Shown piece after piece: positions 11,931 through 25,298 of a DNA stretch of 53,562 nt (positions are counted from its first letter, which is position 1; each line of letters begins with the position of its first letter). This stretch comes from Nemertoderma westbladi (taxonomy: Eukaryota; Animalia; Xenacoelomorpha). Below the pieces are notes generated by a model. That model worked only from the letters and a program-made list of their open reading frames with translations. It did not search any database and was not told where the DNA came from. Made by a program: the position numbers and the translations under genes. Where the stretch lies: assembly GCA_032718475.1 (NCBI GenBank), contig JAUCBJ010007783.1, forward strand, positions 1-53,562. Direction: 5' to 3'.

Positions 11931-14231
11931 ATGTGTCTACTTTACTGTGAACATAATACCAGCGCAAGCAACCCCCAGCGCAAGCAACCCCCAGTGCCTA
12001 GACTTTTAGCTGCAAGCTGGCTCCCAAATTACAGACAAATAGACAATGAGTCAACAACAAACAACCCCTGGTAGCCAATGAGAGAACCTGGAGCTTTCGG
12101 GTATTTTTAGTAATTACAGGTAGGTAGGTTAATGTCATGTAGTATTATATAATTGGACCAAATTGGGATGGTGGGGTGTAGGTCAGTGTGTAGATGTGTG
12201 TATCAATTATGTTTCCAATTGTTTATCAATTGTGTATCCTATTATAAGTGAATCAATGTGTATCCAATAATATTAATCACTGGTGTCAACAACAACAATA
12301 TTATTATTTATTAATTGTGAACAAGACGAGTGAACAAGACATGTCTGGGGGGGGGGGGCAGCGGGACTTGTCTGGGGGGGGGGGGGGGGGGGCAGTGCCC
12401 CCAAAGCCCCCCCGCACGATACGGGCCTGGCTTCCCCCCAGTGCGCCCGCCTACCGGTACCTTAGCCCTCCATTAGAATGAATAGCTACCGTAGCGGCAC
12501 ATGCAAATCACAAAGTCTGACAGTCTAAGAAATCCCGTGGGATTATCACATCTTAAATCACATAGGAATTAATAATCAAAAGTAGAAATCATAATTCAAG
12601 GTTGTAATTTGTGAGAGATTAAGAATTAATGAGAGATTAAGATTTAACAAAAAACAGAAACCAGAAACAAAACTACAATACTGCCACTGGTACTGCTGTA
12701 ACAACTGAGATATAACAACTGAGAGATTAAGATGCACATACCGGAAATACAGCCAATTTATAGGTGATGCAACAGGGATGACGCAATATTCCTCTCATTG
12801 GTTCCCCAATCCGCCCCGCCATCAGACCAACCTGGAACAGCTGGGCCAATAAGGAAGCCGAATTGTGAACCTCATGGCTCCCAAATCGCAAATTATTACC
12901 ATATATGGTAATGGATCACGTCCCTGGCTGCTGAATGGTTAGGATTGCGTCCCTGGATGCTGGCCCTAATCATTAATTTCGCGATATTTAAAGTACACTA
13001 AGCACAATCTAATATAAAGCTAATTTTAAAAGACAAATACAACGAAATCAATGCAATACACGATTAGTTCGATTAATACCAATAACAGCAAGCTTGCATC
13101 AAGGTTTTTATAGGAAACTTGCTACCGTAAAGCTATTTATTTATAAAGCGTAGGGCTACATACTATACAAAATGGATAAATTCAAAAATATGGGCGTTTT
13201 ATTTTCCTTATCTAAATACTGTTGCGCGTCATTGTGCTTATCTAAATAAATATACTGCATAACGGCTAATATATTATACTGTATAACGCTAATAAATTAT
13301 ACTGTATAACGCTAATATTGGTACAGTATAACACGGCTAATAATTATACTGTATAACGCTAATAAATTATACTGTATAATACGGCTACAGCGCCATATAT
13401 CGTAACACCGCTCCAAGGGAAATCAAGCAATGTTTCCCTTCAATTGTAGAAGAATATAGGGCGATGTAAATAAACAAAATAAATTCGCTTTCAAATAATC
13501 TAAATATCTTGGTACTATAAAAATTCTAAGTATTTACAAATATTGCCATAGAGATATTGCATAATGAATTTACATACAAATTAAAATTACAAAAATATTA
13601 TCTCTCTCAATGTTAACGATTACTACATACAAATTAAATTTACAAAATATATTACTTTCATTTATTTACAAATTGACGGTCTACCTAATGAAATGGAACA
13701 TGGCTAGGACAATGTCCCCCATTTCCCATCTCAAATTAACGATCAACATTAACAAAATAAACTAAATATAAACGTATTTGAGGCTAAATTTTTAACTACA
13801 TTGCATTAGAGGCCGATAATCAAATTAAATATAAAATACGTAATAATTTCTTTCATTTTCGGACTTTACTTAATTTCTTATAAAAACGAAAATCATCTTG
13901 GTTTGATGATTACTCAGGTAAGTGAAAGGAGTAAGCCAAACCCGCGGGTTTGTCTCCCCAATCACTTCCTTTGCCTCTTTCAATAAACTTTAGAGCAAAT
14001 AAAGTCATATACACAAAATCAAATATAGTATAAAGTATTTACTATTTCCAACGGACTATAAAGTAAAAGTATTTCCTTTCAATATTTTTCGGCCTTCGAA
14101 AATAAAATTCTAAAATATGGATACGACTAGTGTATATGAGTCCAGTCGAATGATTGATCAAAACCTACGATATACATCAGAGCGACGATGATGTATATGT
14201 CTAGAGTTTGTCGCTCCGTGATATTATAGTC

Positions 14232-15490
14232 TCATCGGCTAGCTCCTGGGTCTCTCGGGCTCGCTCCTCTCCTTTGTCCTCTCCCCAGATACACCAGTCT
14301 ACCCCCTGTAGACTCTGTTAACGGCGTCCTTGAGGCGTCACTTCCCGGAACCGGCGACGACGTTCCCTGGGCACCGACTATCTCCCGACTGGTGCTCCTC
14401 CCTCGGCCTCGTCCCATTTGCCGTGTCCCTGTGGGCGCCTCCGCCAACTCCTCCTTCTTCAACTGTAGAATGGAACTGCTCGTCCTTGGCTTGACGCTTG
14501 CCAAGGACTCCTCCTTCTGGTACTTACCGCGAGCTGTGAGCTCCGGCTGTTGTCGCTGTGGGAGCAGCGGTCCTGATCCTCCACTCGTTCAGAGGTCAAT
14601 GACCCCAAACGAGTCTCCTTAGGCCGCCAATTGTGCGCTGGGCAATAAATCTAGACGTATATATCAGAGCGACGATGATATATAAAGGATTGGACATATT
14701 CGGGCTTAATAATGCGTTCGTCGAAACTTCCCGAAATAATTTGGAGTAAATATCGTATAAATCGCGGATCGTGGGTATAGTTAGTAGACGGATGGACGGC
14801 GCGAATCTTGTCTGGATACTCAGGCGTGAGCTTCCTCTCCTGGTGAAGCGAAGTGAACGTGGTCCAGGAACTAGAGTCCCGTGCCGCTTCGCGCCGCGCC
14901 TCTAGGTCCTTGTAGGCTCGGTATAGCGAAATGGCCGCCGCCGTGTCTATCAAACTGGGTGTCGAACAGGGTTTAATCTCCGTATACGGATCTAAAGTCG
15001 TAATGGTCGGCGTAATGGGTCTTGGAGGTCGCTTTCCGCTAAAGTCGATACTGATCATCGGGTTGCTTATTGGGTAACCTCCCTCGTTGTATCTAAGGAA
15101 CTGGTGAGCTTGACATCGCGTTAATATCGGTTCAGGATGTTGCTCGTTCAGTCGATCGGGAATCGCCACGTCTTGTTTATTCATGCATTCACCGCATTTA
15201 TAGAACAACTTGTATACGCTGAAGACCTTTGGCGTCTCCTAATCCTCGCCTCGAGTCCTCCGGTACAGATGCATTCCGTCGAACTGATCTCGGACTACAG
15301 GTAGAGGTTTGTCGTGTCGTAAATACATGTATCCCAATAGTTCGTTACGCAAACCAATTACACTGTGGGTAAATCAGTTAGATGGTGCGGAGGGACAAAC
15401 TTCCCGAGCTACCCGGCCGCATTCCAGCAGTTCAGGTTCGGCTCTCTAGATCCCGTCTCATTCCTAACTACCTTCTAACCTATTCCCATG
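14232..15490 (-). pseudogene. Extra ORF region of unknown function downstream of pol in element B
   Basis: ORF 14651-15208 extends upstream in frame through two stops (ECGRVAREVCPS..LGYMYLRHDKP..FYKCGEC). The region is GC-richer than the flanking UTR. No transmembrane or env features are visible. Confidence 0.5.
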
Positions 15491-16064
15491 CATAGCGCAA
15501 AAACTTCGGAGATAAACTGGCCGTGACCGACTCACTTTTTGATGCCCAAGCTACTCCCATTACTCGTACTAAACTACAGTAGTTAGAAAAGACAATAGTT
15601 ATGGCGTTCGACTATACCAAACCCACAGGTATGATAATCGAACACCTCACTTCACTGCAAACTACTGAGTGGGGTCTGTGTACGCCTCAGGTGCTACTAA
15701 CCTTTAGCACCTTGGTTGTTGTACTGTTGGCACCAATCTGTGGAAGTTACTGAACTCAATTTACACTCCTACATAATATAGCCGTCACCATGGTTTCTAA
15801 ATGCTATTTTCCAGGCTTCACGACTTTTCAAATTACTGTATATCTATAGACGAATTCTAAAACGCGTCTATACACAGCGTCTGGAATTGTCTTGGGTTCA
15901 CTTCTAATTTTTTAAAATTTTCTAATTTTCCAAAAATTTTGAAATAAAATTTTGTTTTTGATACCCACCAGACAAAACTCAACGCAAATCACCACAAACC
16001 CGCTCCTATGCATTTACTAGTATTTGCATACGAGGAATGCATACCAAGTGAGTTGCGTCCAACA

Positions 16065-19000
16065 CTAATTTTGGTTTAAGGCAGGAGACAAATTATAATC
16101 TCCTGTCTCGATGCGTGTTTCCTCTAATAATACGATATCTTGGACCGGTCGGTCCAAGGTGTGTAAACCATTAGTTTTACACTTCTTTGGGTGCGGACAC
16201 TTGCACCTAATTTTCACAGTGACTGTGCGCACTATGTTTTGCACGTCTGGGTGTATGTGCAAGATGACTCCTGTCTCCCAATATTTTCTCTTGACAATGG
16301 GCTCGGTTATCAATACAGTCTCCTCTTTGGAGGCTCCGAACCGTTTTGTACCACTTTGTTCTGGTAGATATGGTGGGAAGATAGTATTCCCGCCAATATT
16401 CCCAGAATGTGTACGCTACAAATTGTGTCACTTTCCAGCTCTTACGACTATATAGGTCGGCACTAATGGGTTCTGATGCCGGCACAAGAAATGCTGGACT
16501 CTGCATTAGCAAATGATTCGGCGTTAATGCAACACCGTCTGGCAACATAGCTATCGGCCTCGAGTTTAGTGTATGCTCGATTTCGATGAAAGCTGTGACC
16601 AGCTCTTCGTCGGTAAGTTGTTTGTTTACAGGCAACGTCTTAGCAATAGCCTGCTTTATGGAACGTACCAAACGCTCCCAACTTCCTCCTCTTCAAGGGC
16701 TTTCTGGAGTATTGAATCTCCATTCTATTCTTTGCGGCAAAAGTGCTGCAGAAATTTCTCTATTCTGCGCTGCTTTGTGAGCTGCGTTTAACTCGCTATT
16801 CCCCCCGACAAAGTTTGTACCCTTATCGGAGTAGAACGCCTTTACTAGTCCTCTCCTGGCCATAAATCTCTTTAAGGCCAGGAGCAGAGATTTGGTCGAC
16901 ATGTCTGCCACACGCTCGATATGTATGGCTCTACTAGCCATGCATGTCAGCAGCAGGCCCCATCGCTTGTGGGTCAGCCGTCCACACACACAATCGGACC
17001 AAAACAATCCACCCCTGTATTTGTAAAAGGTGGGTCATATGCCTGCACTCTCGCTTCCGGGAGTACAGCCATCTCCTGTTCCATTACTCAGGCGTTCACC
17101 CTCTTGCAAACCAGACAGGCGTCGTACATAGTGCCTACTGCCCTGCTTGGCTGCAATAGAATGAATCGCTGTCTCGCTGCCGACAAACAGTGTAACTTTC
17201 CCGCGTGATGCAACCTCTTGTGTATATCCCATAGAATCGCTCTTTGCAATTCTATTGGGTGACTAGGGATTATCACTGGGAACCTAAACTGTGAGTTTAT
17301 GTCGACAGTCTGGATTCTCGATCTATGACAAATCAAACCCTTATGGATTAATGGACTCCATTTTCTAAGGGGTTTATAGAGAACTGGTCGTTGAGCCGAT
17401 AATAGATGGAATTCTTTTGGGAAGGCACACATTTGATAATGTTTCAAATGCTTTAATTCCGCTTGATCAATCTCATCCTCTGTCAGAGGTTGTTTCAATT
17501 TCTGAATTCGCTCACTATTAGTGCTCATTTGTTCTCCCAAACGTTTCGAATGTTTTAAACAAAGGTACGAAATGTATCGGCTTAACCACGCAGTTCTTTT
17601 ACAAATTGTCAGCCAAGAGGCAGACGAATTTAGTAATTTGTCATAAATACTACATGGCTCTAATGCCAGCGACGGTTGTCCGCTAATTAATGGAAGTTTC
17701 GAATCCAAACCCGCAGGTTTGGAAACCAAAGGCTCCATTTTGTCGGTCATTTTCTGTCCGTCACTTACCAATTGTGACTCTGGTTTAGTCTGTAAGGGTG
17801 GTTTTATGTCATAACTTACCCTTCCTGACCTAGTAGTCATGTAAGTCTGTAGGTCTGGCAGGTCTCCGGGCCGCTCCAATGACTCTTCAGGCTGCTCCAA
17901 TGACTCTTCAGGCCGCTCCAATGACTTGAGTTTGGCTTTCGACTTTGACTTGGAGACCTTCTCCACTTTGACTTCTGCATCTTCAGGCATCGGATTGGTC
18001 ACTATCTTCAGTCGCTCTGGCCAATGTTCCTGTGTCCTCGTTAGAAAATCAGGTCCATGCAACCAAAACTCCTGCGATTCTTCCTGACAGAATTCCGCCG
18101 GCATTGCACCTCTCGAAGTTATGTCGGCCGGGTTTAACACTCCCGGACAATGTCTCCATTGTTCCTTCGTCGAAAAGTCGACGATCTGAGCGCGCCTGTT
18201 GGCCACAAATGTCTTTAGTGCAATATTGTCGGCCGCAATATATACTAACACTGAAGATGCGTCCGTCCAATAGAATAAGGTCAATGTCGTGTCTAACTCC
18301 GCTATTATCTGCTTACTTACCTCGACTGAGACTACTGCCGCCTGCAACTCTGCACGAGGGACAGTCATGTATTTGACCGGCATTGTCTTTGACCTAGAAG
18401 TCACAAAGGCCATCTCAAATTTGTCCTAACTTACCTCTCGGCGAAGGTAGGCTACCATACCAAAGCCGGTGTCACTTGCGTCACTGAATAAATGGAGTTC
18501 GAGATCAGCTGGAAATACCAGCTGATTCGGAAAGTAGGAGCGGGGTACATCTATATTTTTCAATAGATGCAACTCGGCTTCCCACTCTCTCCACTGCTTT
18601 GCATGTATAGGAGATATTGGTTCGACCCACTCTAGGTCGGACAACCAAATTTTCCTCATGCACGCTCGTGCCTGTAATATTACCGGACTGATAAAGTTCA
18701 TCGGGTCAAATAGTCTACTCAATGTCGATAAGCAAATTCTCTTAGTCAAAACTTTGTCTGGACTACTGGGCTCAAATCTAACTCTTACCTGGAACTTATC
18801 CGTGTTCGGGTTCCAAGCGAGTCCCAGTACTCGCGCCATGGGGATGGGTTCTACCCCCAATTCAATGTCTCCGCTCCCGCGATCTTTTACCAGGAACGAC
18901 TCTAATAGGGCCTCCGAATTTGTAGTGAACTTGGTTAGAGGAAAACCCCCTGTAGCCAAGCACTTCTGTAGGCCGTGAGCCACTTCTATGGCTTGTTCTG

Positions 19001-22000
19001 CTGTGTCCTTGGACACCAATCCGTCGTCCATGTAGAAGTTTCTCAAGATGGACTCGATAACTTCTACCGGATACTTACCAATCTGGGCTGGCTGTTGCCG
19101 TTTTCTTTAAAACAAACAGCGTGCCGTTTGGACTATCGCGGGCACCAAATATCCTAACGTACATTTGGTATGTAACCACTGGGCCGGATAAGTCTTCATT
19201 CTCAAACCAGAGAAATCGAAGGCTATCCTGGTCTGCCTTACAGGCTCTTACCTGGTGGAACATCGCCTCAATGTCACAAGTAAATGCGAATCGCCGCTGT
19301 CTAAAACGCAACAGTATTCCTATCAAATAATTGTTCAGGTTGGGTCCGTCCATCAACTCTGAATTCAGGGACATACCTCTATAGACTGCTGCGCAGTCGT
19401 TGACTACTCGGACTTTGTCTGGCTTGTCAGGGTGAGTCACATAGTGGTGTGGGAGGTAATAAGTCTGGTCTGTCACTAAGTCAGGGTCCTCTACCTTCCC
19501 AGCAAATCCCTTGGCGAAATAGTTGTTGATCTGAGCGCAATACTTCTCCCTAATGTCCGGATTCTTCAACAACCGAGCCCTTACTCCGTTCAATCTTTTC
19601 AAGGCTAAGCTGTAGTTGTTCTCCAACTTAGGAGGTTGTCGACGCCACAACATTCCAACTTCAAAATGTCCTGTCGGTAGTAGACGTATGGTATCTTCCA
19701 TCATCTCCAGCGACCGTTTCTCATCAGTAGACATGGCTAGGTCATATCCACCGGGTTCCATTGCGTCCCTATCCAGCCATTCGACGGTTTTGGCTCCTGT
19801 CTCGAGGTCCTGGCGTATCAATTCCTTCTGCAATTCCTCCTCACTGTATTGGAAAATGTCGAGGTCTCGATATTTAGCCACCTGACCCTCCACTATGTCG
19901 GTATAAGTCAAAACGTTACTCAGATAAGTAGCGTGGGCCGCTGAACCAGACCCACGGGTCTGATAACAGTAGTCCTCGGGTTCACTATCTGTCCGGTCGT
20001 TATGAAGTGGTTCCGACAACCTAACATTATCGGGAATCAACTTCTCGTCCGACTCGCTAACGTCACTATAATGGTCAATACAGGTTCTCCTAAACTCGTC
20101 TATGTCTGGTGGTTCTACTAACGGTGGTTGAGTTATAGGCTGTAATCCGTCGTATCTATCTATTGGCTTGTCGCCACCTGTAAACTCATAAGACATGGGT
20201 ACTCTTGTATACCAACCTAATATAGTCCTATGGGCATGTGGCCCATTGACATGCGGCTCAGCTGGTCTCATTTCCCATATCTGGTGTGCGATCAGCTGTT
20301 CTGCACCAATCAACATAGAAACATTCCTATAACCTACCTGGTGTCTGGGTACTCTGAGCTTGTCAAAATACTCCTGTGCTATGGGACTCATCGGTGGCAC
20401 CTTACCTAACTGCCTGCTGAACCCCTTCATAGCTAGACACTTAAATCCGTCTAATGGCAAAGCTCTCCGTTCTTGTTGAGTATGTTGGTCTCTCGGTAGT
20501 AGGGAGTCTAGTTCTACCGAAATTCTGTGTCCCTTGAGGTCTCCTACCCCGTGCATAGACTTCAACTCTATTTGTATTTCCTCGGCGTCCTGGAAGCTAG
20601 AAACAGCACTCGCCACTTCCTCGTCGATATACGATAATGTGGACACAGTGTCCAACATCACATATATTCGCTTCGATCCCTTATCTCCAGTAAGTTTCAC
20701 CGGAATCACGCTAAATATTTCTGACGTGGCCGATGATAAATACGTCCGCGCGCTGGTCGATGAACTATCCGCGGTGAAACCTTGGCAGGTCACCTCTCTC
20801 GCGCTCGACTCGCCATCCTCGTCCGACGAACCTGGTTGGTAACCATCGTCTTGAATGCTGGCATACGTATTTATTCTTATCGATACGGGATCTCTGCTCC
20901 CCTTCCTTTGAGGATTTCTCTGTAAGTAACGGTCCGTTAGGGTATGGAAATCCGCATGTAGCAACTTGTGATGTAGTCTGCCACATTCCATGCATCCGTC
21001 CTTGCTGTTCGGGCACTGCCGCCGTACATGACCTGGCGCAAGACATGCCCAACAGGTGTCCAACGTCCGCACTTGAACTCTTCTCTGTTCCGAATTTAAT
21101 TCTTTGAACCGTCTGCAACTATCTAACTTATGGTCGTCAGATCTTACCTCCTTTAGTAAACAGTATTGGCAACCTACAAATCCATCCGGCAACTCCTGTT
21201 GCTTTAACCTAGGTCTATCTAACCGCTCACCTGACCATACTCGCGAGTCTGATCTAAAGGCTGGGGTACTCGAATTATATCTGTCTACTGAGTTAAATGT
21301 CACAGTGGTCCTGTCATCGTCAAAACTTACCATAGACTTACCGGTAACAGGTTTAGACTCTCTCATATTCTCCTCTGAGAAGTTTGATTTCATCTCTGCT
21401 ACTGCGTCTGTGGCTATCATGTCATGGATATGTTGAAGTGTCAACACCTTACCTTGACCCTCCAACTTATTCTCTAATTTGCGCCATTTCTGTCGATAAC
21501 GCATGTTTAAACGTCTTATTACGCTTTTCAAAACTTCGGCGTGATCACCATGATTAGGTAGATTCACCGTCCTCAAGATGTCCAATGTGTTCGAAATAGC
21601 GTTCGCTAAGTTCAACAGCTCTAACGGAGTTGTAATCCTTCCGCCCTTACCCAAGTCTTCCACTATCGACTGTGCCATCTTGGTTTTATTCCCGTAGATG
21701 TCACTAAGCGTCTTCATTGCTAACTCGAATGCTCTTTCATTACCAACGAAGTTGTCAGCAATGGCTATAGGTTCTCGATGGAGCATTTGAAGCAAGTAGT
21801 TGAACTTCTCGTTGGGAGTAAAGGTGCTGTTGGTCAGCTGTTCGTCGACATAGGTTTTGAACGTCCTCCAATGCTTATGGTTGCCCATAAACTTCTGGGG
21901 TTGTTGCGTCGGCAGTCCTTGCCTAGCAGCAAACTTACCTATGTCTCTAAGGGTTGCGTCGTTCCGGGTTAACAAATGGTTTAGTTCCGCAGGGTTGTTA

Positions 22001-24389
22001 AGTCTGGTCCTTTCCTGGGGATTAAAACTTAACTGCTCTGCGTCCGTCCTTCTTTCCTTATAGTTTCGGGACTTCTGACGTCTCATGTCTTCCTCTTCAT
22101 TGCTCGATTCTGTGTCAGTCCTTAGCGCTCGTGTTGGTTTGCGCGCCGAGGCCATGACCCAGGCTTCTTGTATAAACTTTTCGGCCGAGTTTTTGAAATC
22201 GGGATTATGTATCGTCGGGACAGGCGTTCTTACCTGACGTCTATGTGGTATAGTTGCCTCCGATATGCGTACTCGTTGACTAGGTTGGACTTTATCTAAC
22301 TCAGGCCTGCTAGGATTAGAATTACTTCTTACCTGGGCTGCTTCCTTTAACCGTAGGTTACTAAGCATGCCCATTATAGGTTGGATGTGCGGTGATATAG
22401 CTTGCGCTAAACTAGCACTTAACTCATCCCTCGTAATAAATTCCTGGCTAGGGTTCTGTTGTATAGTCGGCTCTATCTGAGTAATCCGCTGTCTCTCATA
22501 TGATCCCTCTTCCGGTTTAACCCGGAAGTTCTCCGTCGAACTGGGTCGGCGCTCCGTCCGCGTATTCCAAACCCGCGGGTTCGGTTCGCCCAATACTCGG
22601 CCCGTCGGAGTTTCTCCTCTAAACTCTTCGTTGTCACGTTCGGTGTGTAGTGGTGCGGTGTTCTGATGACGTGGATCCTGCGCGATGGGTGAAGCACTAA
22701 TACCAACTGGTGTGCGATATGTAGAGAACGGTTTAGCGATCCGAGTACTCGTAATAGCTGGACCGGGTATAGGAATTCTGGTCGTCGTCGACTCGCGTAT
22801 AGTCGGAGTTCTCGCTTCCTGTTCGGCCTTCTGCAGTGCGAACAGTTCTCGCAACTCAGTACCTACACTCGCCCCACATTCTTCGATCATTCGCATCCCC
22901 TTCTCGGCGATTTCATTCGCCTTCCTGGTCCGTTCTTCGCTCTCTAAGTTTAGTCTCGCACTTTCCAACTGCGCCAGTTTACGTTCTTCTTCTTCCCTCG
23001 CTCATCTCGCTGCGCTCTCTTCTTCCACACGCGCCTTTTCTTCATACAATGTGCATCTTCGTTTCTCGATCTGGAGTTCGCGTTCCTTGCGCTCGCGTTC
23101 GAGTTGAAGCTCGCGTTCCTTCTGTTCTTGCTCGAGTTCCTTGCGCTCGCATTCGAGTTGAAGTTTGCGTTCTCTTTGTTCGCGTTCGAGTTCCTTGCGC
23201 TCGCGTTTGGCTTGAAGCTCGTGTTCCTTTTGTTCGTTCGCGCTTACTTATGTCCTCCAACTCTCGTAGCTCTGCGTCCAACTTACGTGTGTGCTCCCGT
23301 TCTCGTTCGGCATCCTTCTGTGCTTCCGATGCACGCAAAACTTCCGCCTGTTGTTCGTCCAGTCGGCGTCTTCTCTCCTCTGCCGAGTTGTGAGAAACAA
23401 GGGATCTAGCACATATAACCTTCCCTCGCGCGTGACTAACCTGGGAATCGCCACTGTCTCTAGATGCATCGTCGGGTGGAGTCAACGTCCTCTGTTGGAT
23501 GTTCTCCGTCGTCGGTAGCACCTGGCCCGGTACCACCACTCCACTCTGCATCAGCCAGCTGGTAACTTCCCGCTGATACCTGCGCTCTTCTTTATCCTGC
23601 ATCTCTTCCCGCTCCACTAAGTTTCTCGACTCTGCATCACTCACCTGAGTCGCATGCGCTTGTGATGCCCATAGCAGCCAGTTCTCCGTCCTAACTCGCC
23701 GAAATCGCTCCGATAACGCGCGGTTGCTCCAACAAGGCTGCTAAAACCCTGTCGTAAATCCTCGTCGCCACGTCGCTCGACTGAGACTCCACTGCTCTCT
23801 TTGCTAGGACTGCAAGCTCCTCCTTCTGCTTGAATAACGCTGAGTTGTATCCCCTTCTAATCTCTACTAACCCTTCCCTTCCGATGTTCGCTGAGTCGGC
23901 TAACATCTTCCTTACCTTGTCCGCCGTCCGAGTTATATGTCCGGCATGCGCGCGAAGTTTCTTCTTTATCGCAACGTCCAGTTCTCTCTCGCTTACCTGC
24001 CTCACACTCGGTGGACTTGAAGGATTATTTCGGGAACTACGGGTACTCCTTATAGCCGCTGGGACCACGGCACTTACCATACCCTCAGGTCTGGAAACCG
24101 GGCTCTGGGCTCTCGCTTCTGCTACACTACCCTCCCTATCACTCACCTCTAGTCGGGCTGCTATACAATCCTTCCTTACAGTAGCGGTAGGGGATCCTAA
24201 TACTATTAACTCACCTTGTTCTTCCTCACTGGTTACTGTCTCGTCCTCCTGTTCACTTACGTCAGCGTCACTCGCTGCGTCGTCATAGTCGGCATTGTCG
24301 TCGACAGTTATGTCTACACTGTTATCAGTCGGCAGTCTGGCCGCCATCTCATAGCTGTCCTCTAGTGCCTCCTTGTCTGAGACACTCAT
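16065..24389 (-). pseudogene. gag-pol: Element B gag-pol polyprotein (frameshifts and stops)
   Basis: E/R-rich coiled coil. Gag FMGNHKHWRTF with three Cys/His knuckles (e.g. CWACLAPGHVRRQC). Protease MLDTVS; RT YLPHH, DIEAMFHQV, FYMDD; RNase H LHLFSDAS; integrase HH..CxxC, SDKGTNF, LNSRP. Confidence 0.95.
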
Positions 24390-25298
24390 TGTCTAAGTAA
24401 TATTTTGCCTTCCGGCTAAAATCTCGCAAAAATTCAAGATATATATATAATTTAATCGAAAATACGGTTAAATTATTTGTCAAATAATTGGTTGGTCCCA
24501 AAATGTCAAATAAATTCGCAATACAATATTGCGAATTTAATAGGATATAGTTATAGCAAAATACCGGTATAATATTTAAACAAAATATTATTCTATAGCT
24601 ATGATATAGCATTTAAATACCGGTATGACACAAAAATAATTTCTGAATCTAATTCAAAATATTCAAAAATGAATTTGCCACCCAAATATTTCTAATTTTA
24701 TATATAGCTCAAATCAACGTAATTTTATTTTTAAATATTATCAATCCACTAGCGCGTGGCTACACCTTTAGGTTGCGACACTCTCTCTCTCTCTCCAACT
24801 GAGCGATCCAAAACACCATGGCCGGCTAAACCTAACTATCCTAACTAATAAATTGAGTTCAGTTTCGCAGTTAAACAACCGGTAATTTTTTACTGCTTCC
24901 ACAAACACAATGGTACCAACAGAACAACCGACCTTGTTTGCTGTGAGATTCCACGTCCGCATCCAAAGTTTCAGTCTTTTCGCTGATTGCAAACCGAACC
25001 CGCAGGCCCACACAAACCCCAAACTCAGAAGCTCCGTCTCGCCATGTATCTCCAGATGGTATAAAATAATTAAGCGGTTATCCAACATACCGGTACAAAA
25101 ACTCTAGATTTTATTATATAAATTTTGGCCGAAACTGAATTCTCACAAAACTAGCTAAAATTTTCAAAAAACTTACTAATTTACAATTTACCCTAACGGC
25201 CCAAATGAATTGCTGTATTCCGCGATTAGTGAACAAATGTTACTTCTCACTGTTGCAAAGCAACAGTAAAAAATAAAAGTAAAAAAAATGGTTCTTAC

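Larger units (their letters stand above)
9966..12429. mobile_element. Non-autonomous hAT transposon in the element B LTR
   Basis: TIR CAGGCCCGTA...TACGGGCCTG, 8-bp TSD GCTTCCCC (9958-9965 and 12430-12437), G-rich subtermini, no transposase. Confidence 0.9.
5697..13407 (-). repeat. Element B 3' LTR, interrupted by insertions at 6707-9779 and 9966-12429
   Basis: Segments 5697-6706, 9789-9965 and 12438-13407 match 25299-27394 colinearly. Confidence 0.95.

Noticed and set aside
14100-14230. Hammerhead ribozyme
   Set aside because: The minus strand has CTGATGT rather than CTGATGA, and there is no correctly placed GAAA core.
14651-15208. env gene
   Set aside because: No signal peptide, fusion peptide or transmembrane helix is visible.
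16111-24288. Numerous + strand ORFs overlapping element B
   Set aside because: They are antisense shadows of gag-pol with no independent motifs.
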